Under the pieces are notes generated by a model. The model saw only the letters and a program-made list of their open reading frames with translations. It was not told the origin of the DNA and searched no databases. The position numbers were made by a program, and so were the translations under genes. Source: Vulcanimicrobiota bacterium (GTDB lineage: Bacteria; Vulcanimicrobiota; Vulcanimicrobiia; Vulcanimicrobiales; Vulcanimicrobiaceae). From it: 64,000 nucleotides of DNA. This document shows, in pieces, positions 29,219 to 38,696 of the stretch; the stretch's first letter is position 1, and the number at the start of each line of letters is the position of its first letter. Location: NCBI GenBank assembly GCA_963695225.1, contig OY968762.1, positions 800,001 to 864,000 on the forward strand. Reading direction: 5' to 3'.

Positions 29219-30376
29219 ATGAAACCGAACTGGGCGATGCTGGCGACGACGTTCGTCTCCCGCGAACTCTACATTCCCACCCGAACTCGCGTGCGACAAT
29301 GGGGCGCCCTCCCCGGCGACCGCGGCCCGACCGTCCTCATCACGAACCACCAGCACGAGGACGAGGGCGAGACCGTCGTCAGGCGCACGTGGCTGCTCCA
29401 CCCGTGGAAGCCGATCGTGGTGGTCAATTCGCGCCGCACGTTCGAGAAGGGCTTCTTCGCGGCGCGCTTCCCGCGCACGGCGCCGTTCCTGCGCACCTTC
29501 AATCCCGGCGGATTCTTCGGCGGGCTCGCCGTCCTGCCGGTCGAGAACATGCTCTTCTCCCGTCCGTTCACGAGCCTCGCGCAGGAAATCCTCGACGCCC
29601 ACGGCGATCTGCCGCTCGAAGCGGTCTTGCCGGAAGATATTCTCGCTCGGCTCGACCTAACGGGAGCGCGCCTCGGCGAACTTTGGAGCGCGAATTGGTT
29701 CCTGCGGGCGCAGGCCGTCGTGAAGCTCTCGCAACTTCGCGAACCGTACCGCAGCGAAGCGATCGAGAACTGCCGCGCGACGGCCGCCCGCGACATCGCG
29801 GCTGTCGTCGAGCGGGTGCAAAACGGCGCGACGTTCTACGTGACGCCCGAAGGCGATTATAGCCGCACCGGGCGCATGCATCGCCTGCGGCGCGGCATCC
29901 TCGACGCCGTCCTCCCGGTCGCGGAAGCATGGCTGTGCGCGATCGCCTACGATCCCTTCCGCGGGCGGCGCCTCTCGATGCTCTACCGCATCCTGCAGCC
30001 GGCCGACCCGGCCGATCTCGATACGTCGCTCGCCGCGGCGCGCCCCGTCACGACGAGCGCGCTGCTCGCGCCGTTCCTGCTGGAAGCGAACGGCCCGTTC
30101 ACGCTCTCGGACGCCGTATGGGGCGTGCGCGAACGGCTGCACGCGTTACCCGGGAACGTGTTCGTCGATCCGGAACTGCGCGGCGCTCCCGCCGTCGTGG
30201 TCGGCGAGGCCGTCGCGAAGCTGACGAAGCACGGCACGCTCGCGCTCGAAGGCGAACGCTACCGGCTCACCGAGCACCGCGCGAATCCGCGCTTCCCGCA
30301 CATCGCCGACATGGTCTCGTTTCAAAGCAACATGCTCGACGAAACGATCGCCGCGGCGCGGCGCCTAAGCCCTTAG
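29219..30376 (+). CDS. Acyltransferase-like protein (PlsC/PlsB superfamily, divergent)
   Basis: TNHQHED (HxxxD-like), FYVTPEG motif. Confidence 0.55.
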   Translation: MKPNWAMLATTFVSRELYIPTRTRVRQWGALPGDRGPTVLITNHQHEDEGETVVRRTWLLHPWKPIVVVNSRRTFEKGFFAARFPRTAPFLRTFNPGGFFGGLAVLPVENMLFSRPFTSLAQEILDAHGDLPLEAVLPEDILARLDLTGARLGELWSANWFLRAQAVVKLSQLREPYRSEAIENCRATAARDIAAVVERVQNGATFYVTPEGDYSRTGRMHRLRRGILDAVLPVAEAWLCAIAYDPFRGRRLSMLYRILQPADPADLDTSLAAARPVTTSALLAPFLLEANGPFTLSDAVWGVRERLHALPGNVFVDPELRGAPAVVVGEAVAKLTKHGTLALEGERYRLTEHRANPRFPHIADMVSFQSNMLDETIAAARRLSP

Positions 30377-31230
30377 GCGACGAGACGCACTCCGGGCTCG
30401 GGCGACTTCCGCGGCGGCAACATCCGCAGGCCGAGCACCGCAGCCGTCGCCAGCGCGGGCACGATCTGCGGCTTGAGCAGCCGCGCATCGAAGCGCTCCA
30501 TCATCGCGCGGTGCTCGGCCAACGCGACCTCGAGGAAAGCCTGCGGCGTGACGCCCTCGAAGATCGCTTGCGAACCGCCGCTCGTGAGCTCGGCCAGGTT
30601 CGCGGTATCCTGCGCGCCCTGCGCCGTCCGCCGGATCGCGCGCACGTGATACCGGATGGCCCGCGCCGTCCGCGCGAACGCATTCGCGTGCCCGGCAAGC
30701 GCTTCTTCGTAGCGCCACCAATTGATGAAGAAGACGATGTGGCGCGCTTCCTCGTAGAGCACCTGCGAGAACACGTCGAGCAGTTGCTTCGGGAACAGCT
30801 GCTTCTGACGCGCCAGCGCGAAGCCGCCGAACCCGATGAACGAATCGGTGCATTCGCTGAAGCCGAAGACGAGGAAATCGTCGCGCGTGACGGCGTCGAG
30901 CGAAGGCGGCGTAACTCGGACCTCGATGCCGTAGCGTGAAAGCATGTGCGCTAAGAGGCGGCCGTGGCGCGCCTCCTCGTACGCTTGCAACGCGACGGCC
31001 TTGCGGATCGCCGGATCGCCGAGCGATTCCGCGAAGATCGCGAGCATCCGCCCCGCCTTCTGCTCCACGCCGAGCGCCAAACTCCAAAACGGGAAGCCGC
31101 GCAGGAGCTCGACGTGGCGCGGCTCGAGCTGCGGCCACGGGAGCGCTTCCGGCTCGAAGGGGAGGTGCGATTCGACGAACGCGCGACAGAACAAATCCCG
31201 GTGTTGGGGCGTTCCGGCGCGGATGCTCAT
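30373..31230 (-). CDS. Ferritin-like domain protein associated with hopanoid genes
   Basis: EEARH twice, ECTDSF; ATGA-coupled to hpnJ. Confidence 0.75.
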   Translation of the reverse strand: MSIRAGTPQHRDLFCRAFVESHLPFEPEALPWPQLEPRHVELLRGFPFWSLALGVEQKAGRMLAIFAESLGDPAIRKAVALQAYEEARHGRLLAHMLSRYGIEVRVTPPSLDAVTRDDFLVFGFSECTDSFIGFGGFALARQKQLFPKQLLDVFSQVLYEEARHIVFFINWWRYEEALAGHANAFARTARAIRYHVRAIRRTAQGAQDTANLAELTSGGSQAIFEGVTPQAFLEVALAEHRAMMERFDARLLKPQIVPALATAAVLGLRMLPPRKSPEPGVRLVA

Positions 31231-32699
31231 CCGGTAGCGGCCTCCCGCCGGCGTTCGCCGGCCTGCACTTTGCGATCGCGCAGGTAATCGAAGAACTCGC
31301 CGCCCTCGCGCAACCGGCGGACCAGCATCTGGCGGCTCGTGATCATCTCGCCGACGATCGAGGCGATCTTCTTCGGACGGAAATAGAACTCGCGGTACAT
31401 GCGCTCGACCGCGTCCTCGATCTCGGCGGTCGAAAGCGTGTCGTAGCGGAGCGTCGAGGTCTGGATCCCGCCGCCCGAAACCAAGTCGTCGCGGGCGAAC
31501 CAGCCGTTCGCCAAGGCTTGGTCGTAGAGTTCCGTCCCTGGATACGGCGAGGCGATCGAGACCTGGATCGTGTGCGGATCGAGTTCCTTCGCGAATTCGA
31601 TCGTCTCGCGGACCGTCTCCGGCGTATCGATCGGCAACCCGATGATGAACGCGCCGTGCACCTTGATGCCGAGCTTGTGGCAATCTTTCATGAACTGCCG
31701 CGCCATCTCGAGCTTGAGGCCCTTCTTGATGCGGTAAAGAATCTCTTGATTCCCCGATTCGAAGCCGACCAGCGCCACGCGCAAGCCGTTGTCGCGCAGG
31801 ATCTTCAGCGTGTCGTAATCGCAGTGCGCGCGCACGTTGCAAGCCCAGCTCAACTTCAGACGCTTCATGTGCTTGCTGAGCTCGATCGCGTACGCCTTAT
31901 CGTTCGTGAGCGTGTCGTCGTCGAACATGTACTCGCGCACCGTCGAGCCGAAGATCGCTTTCGCCTCGTCGAGATCGCGCCCGACGGCCGCCGGGCTCTT
32001 GTGGCGGAATACGTGCCCTCCGATCGTCTGCGGCCAGAGGCAGAACGTGCACTTCGCCGTGCAGCCGCGCCCGGTGTACCACGAGACGTACGGGTGCAAC
32101 AGGTAGCCGTTGTAATACTTGCGCACGTCGAGGAACTTCGCGTACGTCGGCAGGACGCTCGGCATCGCGTCCCAATCCGCGATCAGCGGACGCTCGGCCG
32201 TGCGCTGCAGCTCGCCGTTCTCGTCGCGATACGAGAGGCCCAGGATCTCGTTCCAGGGGCGCCCCTCGGCGAGTTCCTTGCACGTGTAATCGAACTCGTT
32301 GCGGCAGGCGAAATCGATGATTTCGTGCGCGCGCAGGGTCTGCTCCGGCAACACGGCGACGTGCGCGCCGATGAAGCCGACCTTGAGCTTCGGGTTTTGC
32401 GCCTTCAGGCGTCTGGCGCACTCCACGTCGTTCGGCAGCGAGGGCGTGCTCGTGTGCATGATGACGAGGTCGCGATCTTTGACGAGCGCGAGGACGTCCT
32501 CGATCGTCTGGCCGTGGGGCGCGGCATCGACGAGCGTGCTCCCCGGGACGAGCGCTGCGGGCTGGGCGAGCCACGTGGGATACCAGAACGAGGTGACTTC
32601 GCGCTTCGCCTGATACCGGGCGCCGGCTCCGCCGTCGAATCCGTCGAACGACGGCGGACTCAGGAACATCGTCTTGAGGGCGGCACTTCCTTGACTCAT
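31227..32699 (-). CDS. hpnJ: Hopanoid-associated radical SAM protein HpnJ
   Basis: PPSFDGFDGGAGARYQAKRE, SFWYPTWLAQPAA, GRGCTAKCTFCLWPQT. Confidence 0.95.
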   Translation of the reverse strand: MSQGSAALKTMFLSPPSFDGFDGGAGARYQAKREVTSFWYPTWLAQPAALVPGSTLVDAAPHGQTIEDVLALVKDRDLVIMHTSTPSLPNDVECARRLKAQNPKLKVGFIGAHVAVLPEQTLRAHEIIDFACRNEFDYTCKELAEGRPWNEILGLSYRDENGELQRTAERPLIADWDAMPSVLPTYAKFLDVRKYYNGYLLHPYVSWYTGRGCTAKCTFCLWPQTIGGHVFRHKSPAAVGRDLDEAKAIFGSTVREYMFDDDTLTNDKAYAIELSKHMKRLKLSWACNVRAHCDYDTLKILRDNGLRVALVGFESGNQEILYRIKKGLKLEMARQFMKDCHKLGIKVHGAFIIGLPIDTPETVRETIEFAKELDPHTIQVSIASPYPGTELYDQALANGWFARDDLVSGGGIQTSTLRYDTLSTAEIEDAVERMYREFYFRPKKIASIVGEMITSRQMLVRRLREGGEFFDYLRDRKVQAGERRREAATG

Positions 32700-32827
32700 C
32701 CGGGGATAGTCGAACGCACTCCGGCCCGATCCCTCCTACGACCGTTGCCTCAGCCGCGCCGCGGGAGGAGGCGGCACGTTGCGACGCTGCTCGACGAGAT
32801 AAGCGTTCGGGCGTCCGTCCGCAGCCT

Positions 32828-32863
32828 AAAGAAAAAGAGAGGGCAGTTCCCGCCTGCCCTCTC
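32828..32863 (-). terminator. Rho-independent terminator
   Basis: GAGAGGGCAG/CTGCCCTCTC stem plus a T-rich tail on the minus strand. Confidence 0.8.
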
Positions 32864-32890
32864 CCTCACGGGTCGCGCGCGATCCGGCCG

Positions 32891-33562
32891 TCAGCCGCCG
32901 CTGCGACCGTTGTGCGACGATTCCTTGCTGTTCGCGAGGTGCTTGGTCGTGGTGTCACGGACGGCTTCGAGATTCGAGACGCCCGCCTTCATGAGGTCGC
33001 GCGCGGCCTCGAAGCCGAAGTCACGCATCTTCGCGGAGTGGTCGAGCCAGGTCCGGGTCAGTTCGGCCGTCTTCTTGCCGCTCGCCTCGAATTCCGCGAT
33101 CGACAGGGAGACGATCTCGCTCGTCCGGTCGACGTGTTCGCGAGCCGCTTGTTCGAGCGTGACCGGCCCATACGGACGCGAGACGATATCGTAGAGCGCT
33201 TTGAAGTAGTCGAGCCTGCGGCGGCTCGCCGCGGCGTAGGCATCGACCACGATCGAGTACGCTTCGCCCGAAAGCGCGAGGTACGGGTTCGTCGCTTTCG
33301 CCTCGACCGGCGCATCCGTCTGCACGCTCGCCGCGGCCGCCTGCTTCGCCGGCGGCTCGGCGGGCATCTTCACGAAGTCGTCGTGGCCGGTGATCGTCAC
33401 CACCTTCGCCGCGGGCGCCGGCTTCGGAGCCGGTTCGCTATGGACCGCGGTCGCGGACGCCGGCGCGGCCGTTTCGACGAGGCGCTCAACCATGGGTGCA
33501 CCATCGCCGATCGTCGTTGTTTTCTCCCCCGCCGGTTCGGCGGGTTCACCTTTAGCCATCAT
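32891..33562 (-). CDS. Hypothetical protein, Ala/Pro-rich N-terminus and helical (phasin-like) C-terminus
   Basis: GAGGA RBS, amphipathic helical C-half, own terminator. Confidence 0.6.
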   Translation of the reverse strand: MMAKGEPAEPAGEKTTTIGDGAPMVERLVETAAPASATAVHSEPAPKPAPAAKVVTITGHDDFVKMPAEPPAKQAAAASVQTDAPVEAKATNPYLALSGEAYSIVVDAYAAASRRRLDYFKALYDIVSRPYGPVTLEQAAREHVDRTSEIVSLSIAEFEASGKKTAELTRTWLDHSAKMRDFGFEAARDLMKAGVSNLEAVRDTTTKHLANSKESSHNGRSGG

Positions 33563-33841
33563 CTTGTCCTCAAAGAGCGAGTTCGAAAGCGAATGAGGTC
33601 GCGCAAGCGCGCGCAGAGGGCGGCGAAGCACCGGGTAGGTCGGGCCGTCGGGAGAGCTTGCATCTCAACCGCAAAACCTGCACGCACGCGCGGAGTGGAA
33701 CAGCCACTCATAGTATGCCCCGAAGCGTTTCCCCGTAACCAAGCAAACGCTCACAGATTTTGCGAACCGCGCTCGCTCGCGTCGATTGCGCGAACGAGCT
33801 TGCCTTGCCGCGGCGCCGGGGAGAGGAGAACGAAGCGGGGC

Positions 33842-33896
33842 CTTAATCCGTTTCTAATGGGAGTCTAAGCGTTTTCCGGGACTCCACCGGTAGGAT
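33842..33896 (+). promoter_or_regulatory. Three 11-bp-spaced direct repeats (OmpR/PhoB-type site) plus a -10 element
   Basis: CTTAAT 33842, TCTAAT 33853, TCTAAG 33864; TAGGAT 33891-33896. Confidence 0.4.
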
Positions 33897-33905
33897 CGTA
33901 TCGAG

Positions 33906-34529
33906 ATGATCAGACACATTGCGGCCGCTTTGTCGGCAACTACCCTGGCTGCGCTCTTCGCAGCGGCGCCTCTTGCCGCCCAGGCACAGCCCGTCCCCTC
34001 CTACGCGCGGCAGCCGTCGTACGCGAATCCCGAGGAGCAGATCCGCGGCAGGGTCGCGAGTTTCGACGGGCGCTTCGACTTGACGGTCCGCGACGAGCGC
34101 GGCTTCCTCGACAACGTTCGGTTGCGTCCCGGCACGATCATCAATCCGACGGGAATCACGCTCGACGGCGGAATGATCGTGAGCATCTTCGGCTACAACG
34201 CGGGACCGTATTTCGCCGCGAACGAGATCGACACGCCCTACACGTTTTACGGAGGGATACCGTACTACTACGGCCATCCGTGGCGTTATTACGGGCCGAC
34301 CGTGAGCCTCGACTTCTTCTTCGGCAACCCTGTCTGGTGGCACGGCAACTACTACCACGGCGGGTACTACTATCACGGCGGCGCACGGGTCTACCGCGAC
34401 GTGGCGCCCCGTCACGCTTACGACGCCGGGCCGCCGCACGGCTACGACCACGGCGGGCCGCCGCCCGGCTACGACCACGGCGGGCCGGGCCACGGCTACG
34501 AACACGGAGACGGGCACGATCGCAGGTAA
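33906..34529 (+). CDS. Exported protein with a Tyr/Gly/His-rich C-terminus
   Basis: Signal peptide; VRDERGFLDNVRLRPGTIINPTG domain; GYDHGGP repeats. Confidence 0.75.
   Translation: MIRHIAAALSATTLAALFAAAPLAAQAQPVPSYARQPSYANPEEQIRGRVASFDGRFDLTVRDERGFLDNVRLRPGTIINPTGITLDGGMIVSIFGYNAGPYFAANEIDTPYTFYGGIPYYYGHPWRYYGPTVSLDFFFGNPVWWHGNYYHGGYYYHGGARVYRDVAPRHAYDAGPPHGYDHGGPPPGYDHGGPGHGYEHGDGHDRR
34437..34508 (+). repeat. 27-bp in-frame tandem repeat (about 2.7 copies)
   Basis: (C)(A/C)CGGCTACGACCACGGCGGGCCG units encoding HGYDHGGPP / PGYDHGGPG / HGYEHG. Confidence 0.8.
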
Positions 34530-34617
34530 CCCGCGAGTTCTCGCCATCAAGCGGTAGTCCGGAGGCCGGAAGGCGAAGCGCTCTCCACTTCCCCCGAACC
34601 GGCCGAGGGTTCTCCGC

Positions 34618-35064
34618 GTGCGTACAGCTCTTCTCAGTGCCGCGATCGTCGCATCGCTCGCAACCGGCGCCGGCGCCCAAACGCCCCCGCCGCACCCCGC
34701 GGGCGGCCACGTGATGCACCTGATCAAGCTGCCGAACGGGGACTACACGGTCCCGCTGCGCGAGTTGGAGGCTTCGGGCACGAACGGCAGCGTAACGGTG
34801 CATCCGCAAGGGCTCAAGACGCTCGTCACCGTCACGGTCTCCGGCAAGCCGAAACGCAAGCACGTCTTCAACCTCGTGTCGGGGGCGGATTGCGGCATCC
34901 TGGGCGCGCCGGCGGCCATCCCTCTCACGCCGGCCTTGACCGGCCAGCCGTCGCGAACGGTCATCTCGCTGCCGATCGACAGTTTGACCTCGAAAGACTA
35001 CGTTCTGACCGCGCAAGACGCAACGAACAGAGCGCAATTCCGGGAAGCCTGCGCGCGATTCTAG
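34618..35064 (+). CDS. Hypothetical exported protein
   Basis: Signal peptide; two Cys; beta-rich. Confidence 0.6.
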   Translation: MRTALLSAAIVASLATGAGAQTPPPHPAGGHVMHLIKLPNGDYTVPLRELEASGTNGSVTVHPQGLKTLVTVTVSGKPKRKHVFNLVSGADCGILGAPAAIPLTPALTGQPSRTVISLPIDSLTSKDYVLTAQDATNRAQFREACARF

Positions 35065-35077
35065 AGGCGCTCCTCCA

Positions 35078-36196
35078 ATGGCACGCATCCTCTTCGAGAA
35101 CGCGGGGAAGACGTATCCCGGAAACGTCCGCGCGGTCGACGATCTCTCCCTCGAAGTTTGCGACGGTGAGTGCTTGGCCGTCGTCGGCCCGTCCGGTTGC
35201 GGGAAATCGACCGTCCTACGGATGATCGCGGGGCTCGAATCGCTCACTTCCGGGACGCTGCGCATCGGGGAGCGCATTGTGAACGACGTACCGGCTAGCG
35301 AGCGCGACATCGCGATGGTCTTTCAGAACTACGCGCTCTATCCGCACATGACGGTCGCGCAGAACCTCGCATTCGCGCTCGAAATCCGCAAGGTGCCGGC
35401 TACCGAGCGCGCGACGCGCGTCGCGGAAGTCGCGGAGGCGCTCGGGATCGCCGGCCTCTTGAAGCGCCGCCCCGCTCAGCTCTCCGGCGGGCAGCGCCAG
35501 CGCGTCGCGATGGGGCGCGCGATCGTCCGCCGCCCGCAGATCTATCTGATGGACGAGCCGCTCTCCAATCTCGACGCGCGGCTGCGCGTCGAGATGCGAA
35601 CCGAGCTCAAGCGTTTGCACCAGCGGCTGGCGGTGACGACCGTCTACGTCACGCACGATCAGATCGAGGCGATGACGCTGGGCGATCGCATCGCCGTCAT
35701 GCGCGACGGGCGCCTGCAACAGCTCGGTACGCCCGAGACGCTGTTCAACGAACCGGCGAACGTGTTCGTCGCCGAGTTCATCGGCTCGCCCTCGATGAAC
35801 TTCGCGCGCGGCCGCCTCGTGGCGGACGGCGAGCCGCGCCTCGTCGTCGGCGAACGCTCCTTCTCGCTCGGTCCCGCAACGTTCGCAAACCGCCCCGCGC
35901 TGCGCGCGCACTTCGGCCGCGACGTGATCGTCGGCATCCGTCCGGACGATTTCGAACTGCGCGCCGACCCGAACGGCGCGTTCGTGTTCGACGCCGTCCC
36001 CGAGGTCGTCGAGGTCCTGGGCAACGTGCAGGACGTCGTGTTCGCGCTCGATTCGAACGGGCAGGCCTCGAGCGACAAGCTGTGGACCGCTAGCCTTCCC
36101 GCCCGCTCGCCCGTGCGGCGCGGCGAGCGGCTCCGGCTCGCGATCGATCCTGAGCGAGTCCACTTCTTCGATGCGCAGACGCAGGCTATCCGCTGA
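35078..36196 (+). CDS. Sugar / glycerol-phosphate ABC transporter ATP-binding protein (MalK/UgpC-like)
   Basis: GPSGCGKST, VFQNYALYPHM, LSGGQRQR, DEPLSNLD, YVTHDQ. Confidence 0.95.
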   Translation: MARILFENAGKTYPGNVRAVDDLSLEVCDGECLAVVGPSGCGKSTVLRMIAGLESLTSGTLRIGERIVNDVPASERDIAMVFQNYALYPHMTVAQNLAFALEIRKVPATERATRVAEVAEALGIAGLLKRRPAQLSGGQRQRVAMGRAIVRRPQIYLMDEPLSNLDARLRVEMRTELKRLHQRLAVTTVYVTHDQIEAMTLGDRIAVMRDGRLQQLGTPETLFNEPANVFVAEFIGSPSMNFARGRLVADGEPRLVVGERSFSLGPATFANRPALRAHFGRDVIVGIRPDDFELRADPNGAFVFDAVPEVVEVLGNVQDVVFALDSNGQASSDKLWTASLPARSPVRRGERLRLAIDPERVHFFDAQTQAIR

Positions 36197-36199
36197 CGC

Positions 36200-36991
36200 C
36201 TAGTCCTCCGGCATGAAGCGCTCGATCCAGCGCCCGCGGCCCCGTTCGTCGATCTCGAAGATGACGGCGCCGACTTCGATGTCGCCGTCCGCGAGCGTCC
36301 AGGCGGGCCTTTCGGCCTTTCGCGTACCCGCGACGAAATAGTCGGCGCCGATACCGACGATGCCGTCGCGCCGCCCCGTCATCCCGACCTCCGCGACGAA
36401 CAGCGTGTGGCGCGGAAGCGTGCGCAACCGCAGCGACGGTTCATGCACGTGCGTGCCGAGCACCGCGGCGACTTCGCCGTCGACGGCGTGCGCGAACGCA
36501 TGCTTCTCGATCACCCAGTCTGCGTGGAAATCGACGATGAAGGTCGCGGCGGGATGCCGCGCGCGCGCCCGCTCGTAGACCGCCAGCGGATTCTCCGCGC
36601 GCGCGAGCGAGCCGAGCGCCGTCGGCCCGATCAGGTTCAGAACGGCGATCTCCATTCCCGCAACCTCAACGACGCAGAGTCCGCTTCCCGGGAACTCGCC
36701 CGGGACGTTGTGCGGGCGCAGTACGCGCGAATCGGCGAACGCTTCGCTCCCGGCGTCCCACGAGTGGTTCCCACCCGTGATCACGTCGACGCCCGCCGCC
36801 CGCAGCTGCTGAGCGAGCTCAGGCGTGATGCCGAAACCGCGTGCCGGATCCGGTGCATCGCCGACCGCGGCGTTCTCCGCGTTGGCGATCACGAGATCGA
36901 TCCCGTTCGCCGCGCGCCAGCCCGTAAGGCGCGCAGCGATGTGCCCGACCCCGTCCGGGCCCACGATGTCGCCGAAGAACAGCACCCTCAT
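36200..36991 (-). CDS. YmdB-family metallophosphoesterase
   Basis: GDIVG, NAEN, GGNH, DFHA, GTHVH, VGMTG. Confidence 0.85.
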   Translation of the reverse strand: MRVLFFGDIVGPDGVGHIAARLTGWRAANGIDLVIANAENAAVGDAPDPARGFGITPELAQQLRAAGVDVITGGNHSWDAGSEAFADSRVLRPHNVPGEFPGSGLCVVEVAGMEIAVLNLIGPTALGSLARAENPLAVYERARARHPAATFIVDFHADWVIEKHAFAHAVDGEVAAVLGTHVHEPSLRLRTLPRHTLFVAEVGMTGRRDGIVGIGADYFVAGTRKAERPAWTLADGDIEVGAVIFEIDERGRGRWIERFMPED

Positions 36992-37794
36992 CCCTTGACC
37001 GCACCTTCCTGCAGCGTTTGGAGAATCTGCCGCCGGACCGCGAGATACGCGGCGAGCGTCGGCACCGTCGCGAGCGTTGCGGCCGCCATCAGCGGTCCCC
37101 AACGGCTCCCACCTTCCCCGTTTGCGAAGTTCTGTACTCCGACGGTCAGCGTCATCAGATCGGTCTTCGGCGCGACGAGCAGCGGCCAGACGTACTGGTT
37201 CCACGTGCTCACGAAGATGAACACGCCGAGCGCGACGATCGTCGGCCGGGTGGCCGGCACGACGATGCGCCACAGGATCGCGAGCGAGCCCGCGCCGTCG
37301 ATGTGGGCCGCTTCGACGATCGAGCGGGGGAAGCGGCGGAAGTGCTGGCGGAGCAAGAAGATTCCGTAGGCGCTCGCGAGCTGCGGAACGATCAGCCCTG
37401 CGAACGTATTGAGCAGCCCGAGATGCGCGAGCAGCAGGTAGTTCGGGATGTACGTCACGACGAACGGCACCGGAAGCGTCGCGATGAACAGCACGAACAG
37501 CAGATTCCGCCCCGGGAAATGGCGGAACGCGAGCGCGTACGCGGCCGGAATCGCGAGCGCGAGCTGCCCGAGCGTCACGCCGAGCGCGTAGACGATGCTC
37601 ACGCCGAGCATATGAAAGTAGTTGAGACGCGCGACGGCCTCGGCATAGTTGTCGAGCGTAAAGTGCGCCGAGAACGGATTCAACGGCGAGGCGAAGACGT
37701 CGCCGGGGGTCTTGAAGCCCATACCCAGCATGTACAGAAGCGGCACGAACATCGCGGCCGAGGTCAGGCCCAGCATCGCGCGGCGCCCGCTCAC
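36988..37794 (-). CDS. Carbohydrate ABC transporter permease (UgpE-like)
   Basis: FLLRQHF, EAAHIDGAG, WNQYVWPLL. Confidence 0.92.
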   Translation of the reverse strand: MSGRRAMLGLTSAAMFVPLLYMLGMGFKTPGDVFASPLNPFSAHFTLDNYAEAVARLNYFHMLGVSIVYALGVTLGQLALAIPAAYALAFRHFPGRNLLFVLFIATLPVPFVVTYIPNYLLLAHLGLLNTFAGLIVPQLASAYGIFLLRQHFRRFPRSIVEAAHIDGAGSLAILWRIVVPATRPTIVALGVFIFVSTWNQYVWPLLVAPKTDLMTLTVGVQNFANGEGGSRWGPLMAAATLATVPTLAAYLAVRRQILQTLQEGAVKG

Positions 37795-38696
37795 GCGGCA
37801 CCCTCCCCCGTTGCGTCGCGTTCGAGCAGCCGAATCTGCCAAATCGCAGCGGCGCTCAAGAGCACGAGCATCAGGATCGCCTTCGCGCTCGCCTTCCCCG
37901 CGATGAAATACTGAAAGCCGTCCTGATAGACGCTGTAGACGAGCTGGTTGCTGCTGTTCGCCGGGCCGCCGACCGTCAACACCTGGATGGGGACGAACGT
38001 GATCTCGAGCGCCTGCAGGAACGTCGTGACCGCGACGAACACGAGCGCCGGCGCGATCATCGGCAGCACGACGCGGCGCAGCAGCGTGAGCCCGCGCGCG
38101 CCGTCGAGGCGCGCCGCTTCGAGGAGCTCCGCCGGGATCGCGGCGAGCGCCGCGATCAGAAAGAGATAGTTGAAGCCCAGGTATTTCCACGCTGCGATCG
38201 CGGAGATCGACCACAGCGCGAGGTGCGGATCGTTCAGCCACACCGGAGCGCCCAAATGCAGCGCGCTCAGGAGCGCGTTCAGCGGGCCGCCCTGAGGGAG
38301 CAGGATCCAGAGCCAGAGCAAGGCGCCTATCGAGATCGGCACGACCGTCGGCGTGAAGATCAGCGACTGCCAGAACACGCCTTCGCGCCGCGCGAGCCCC
38401 ACGGTTGCGAGCGCGAGCCCGAGCGGAACGAGGAAATCGCCGGCTAGCGCGGCCACGACGTACAGCACGCTCTGCCGGACGACGTCCCAGAAGGCCGGAT
38501 CGCTTAAGATCGAAGCGTAATTCGCCCAGCCCACGAAGGCGTTGTTCGGCGAGACGAGGTTCCAATCGTAGAAGCTGATCCGCAGCGTCTCGACCGTGGG
38601 CACGATCAAGAACGCTGCGATGACGATCAGCGCCGGTGCGCAGTACGCGTACGCGACGAGGGCGTCCCGTACGCGCGAACGGCTTACGGCGTGCAG
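37791..38696 (-). CDS. Carbohydrate ABC transporter permease (UgpA-like); no canonical start at the expected position
   Basis: FVGWANY, WKYLGFN, EAARLDGARG, GGPANSS. Confidence 0.9.
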   Translation of the reverse strand: MHAVSRSRVRDALVAYAYCAPALIVIAAFLIVPTVETLRISFYDWNLVSPNNAFVGWANYASILSDPAFWDVVRQSVLYVVAALAGDFLVPLGLALATVGLARREGVFWQSLIFTPTVVPISIGALLWLWILLPQGGPLNALLSALHLGAPVWLNDPHLALWSISAIAAWKYLGFNYLFLIAALAAIPAELLEAARLDGARGLTLLRRVVLPMIAPALVFVAVTTFLQALEITFVPIQVLTVGGPANSSNQLVYSVYQDGFQYFIAGKASAKAILMLVLLSAAAIWQIRLLERDATGEGAA

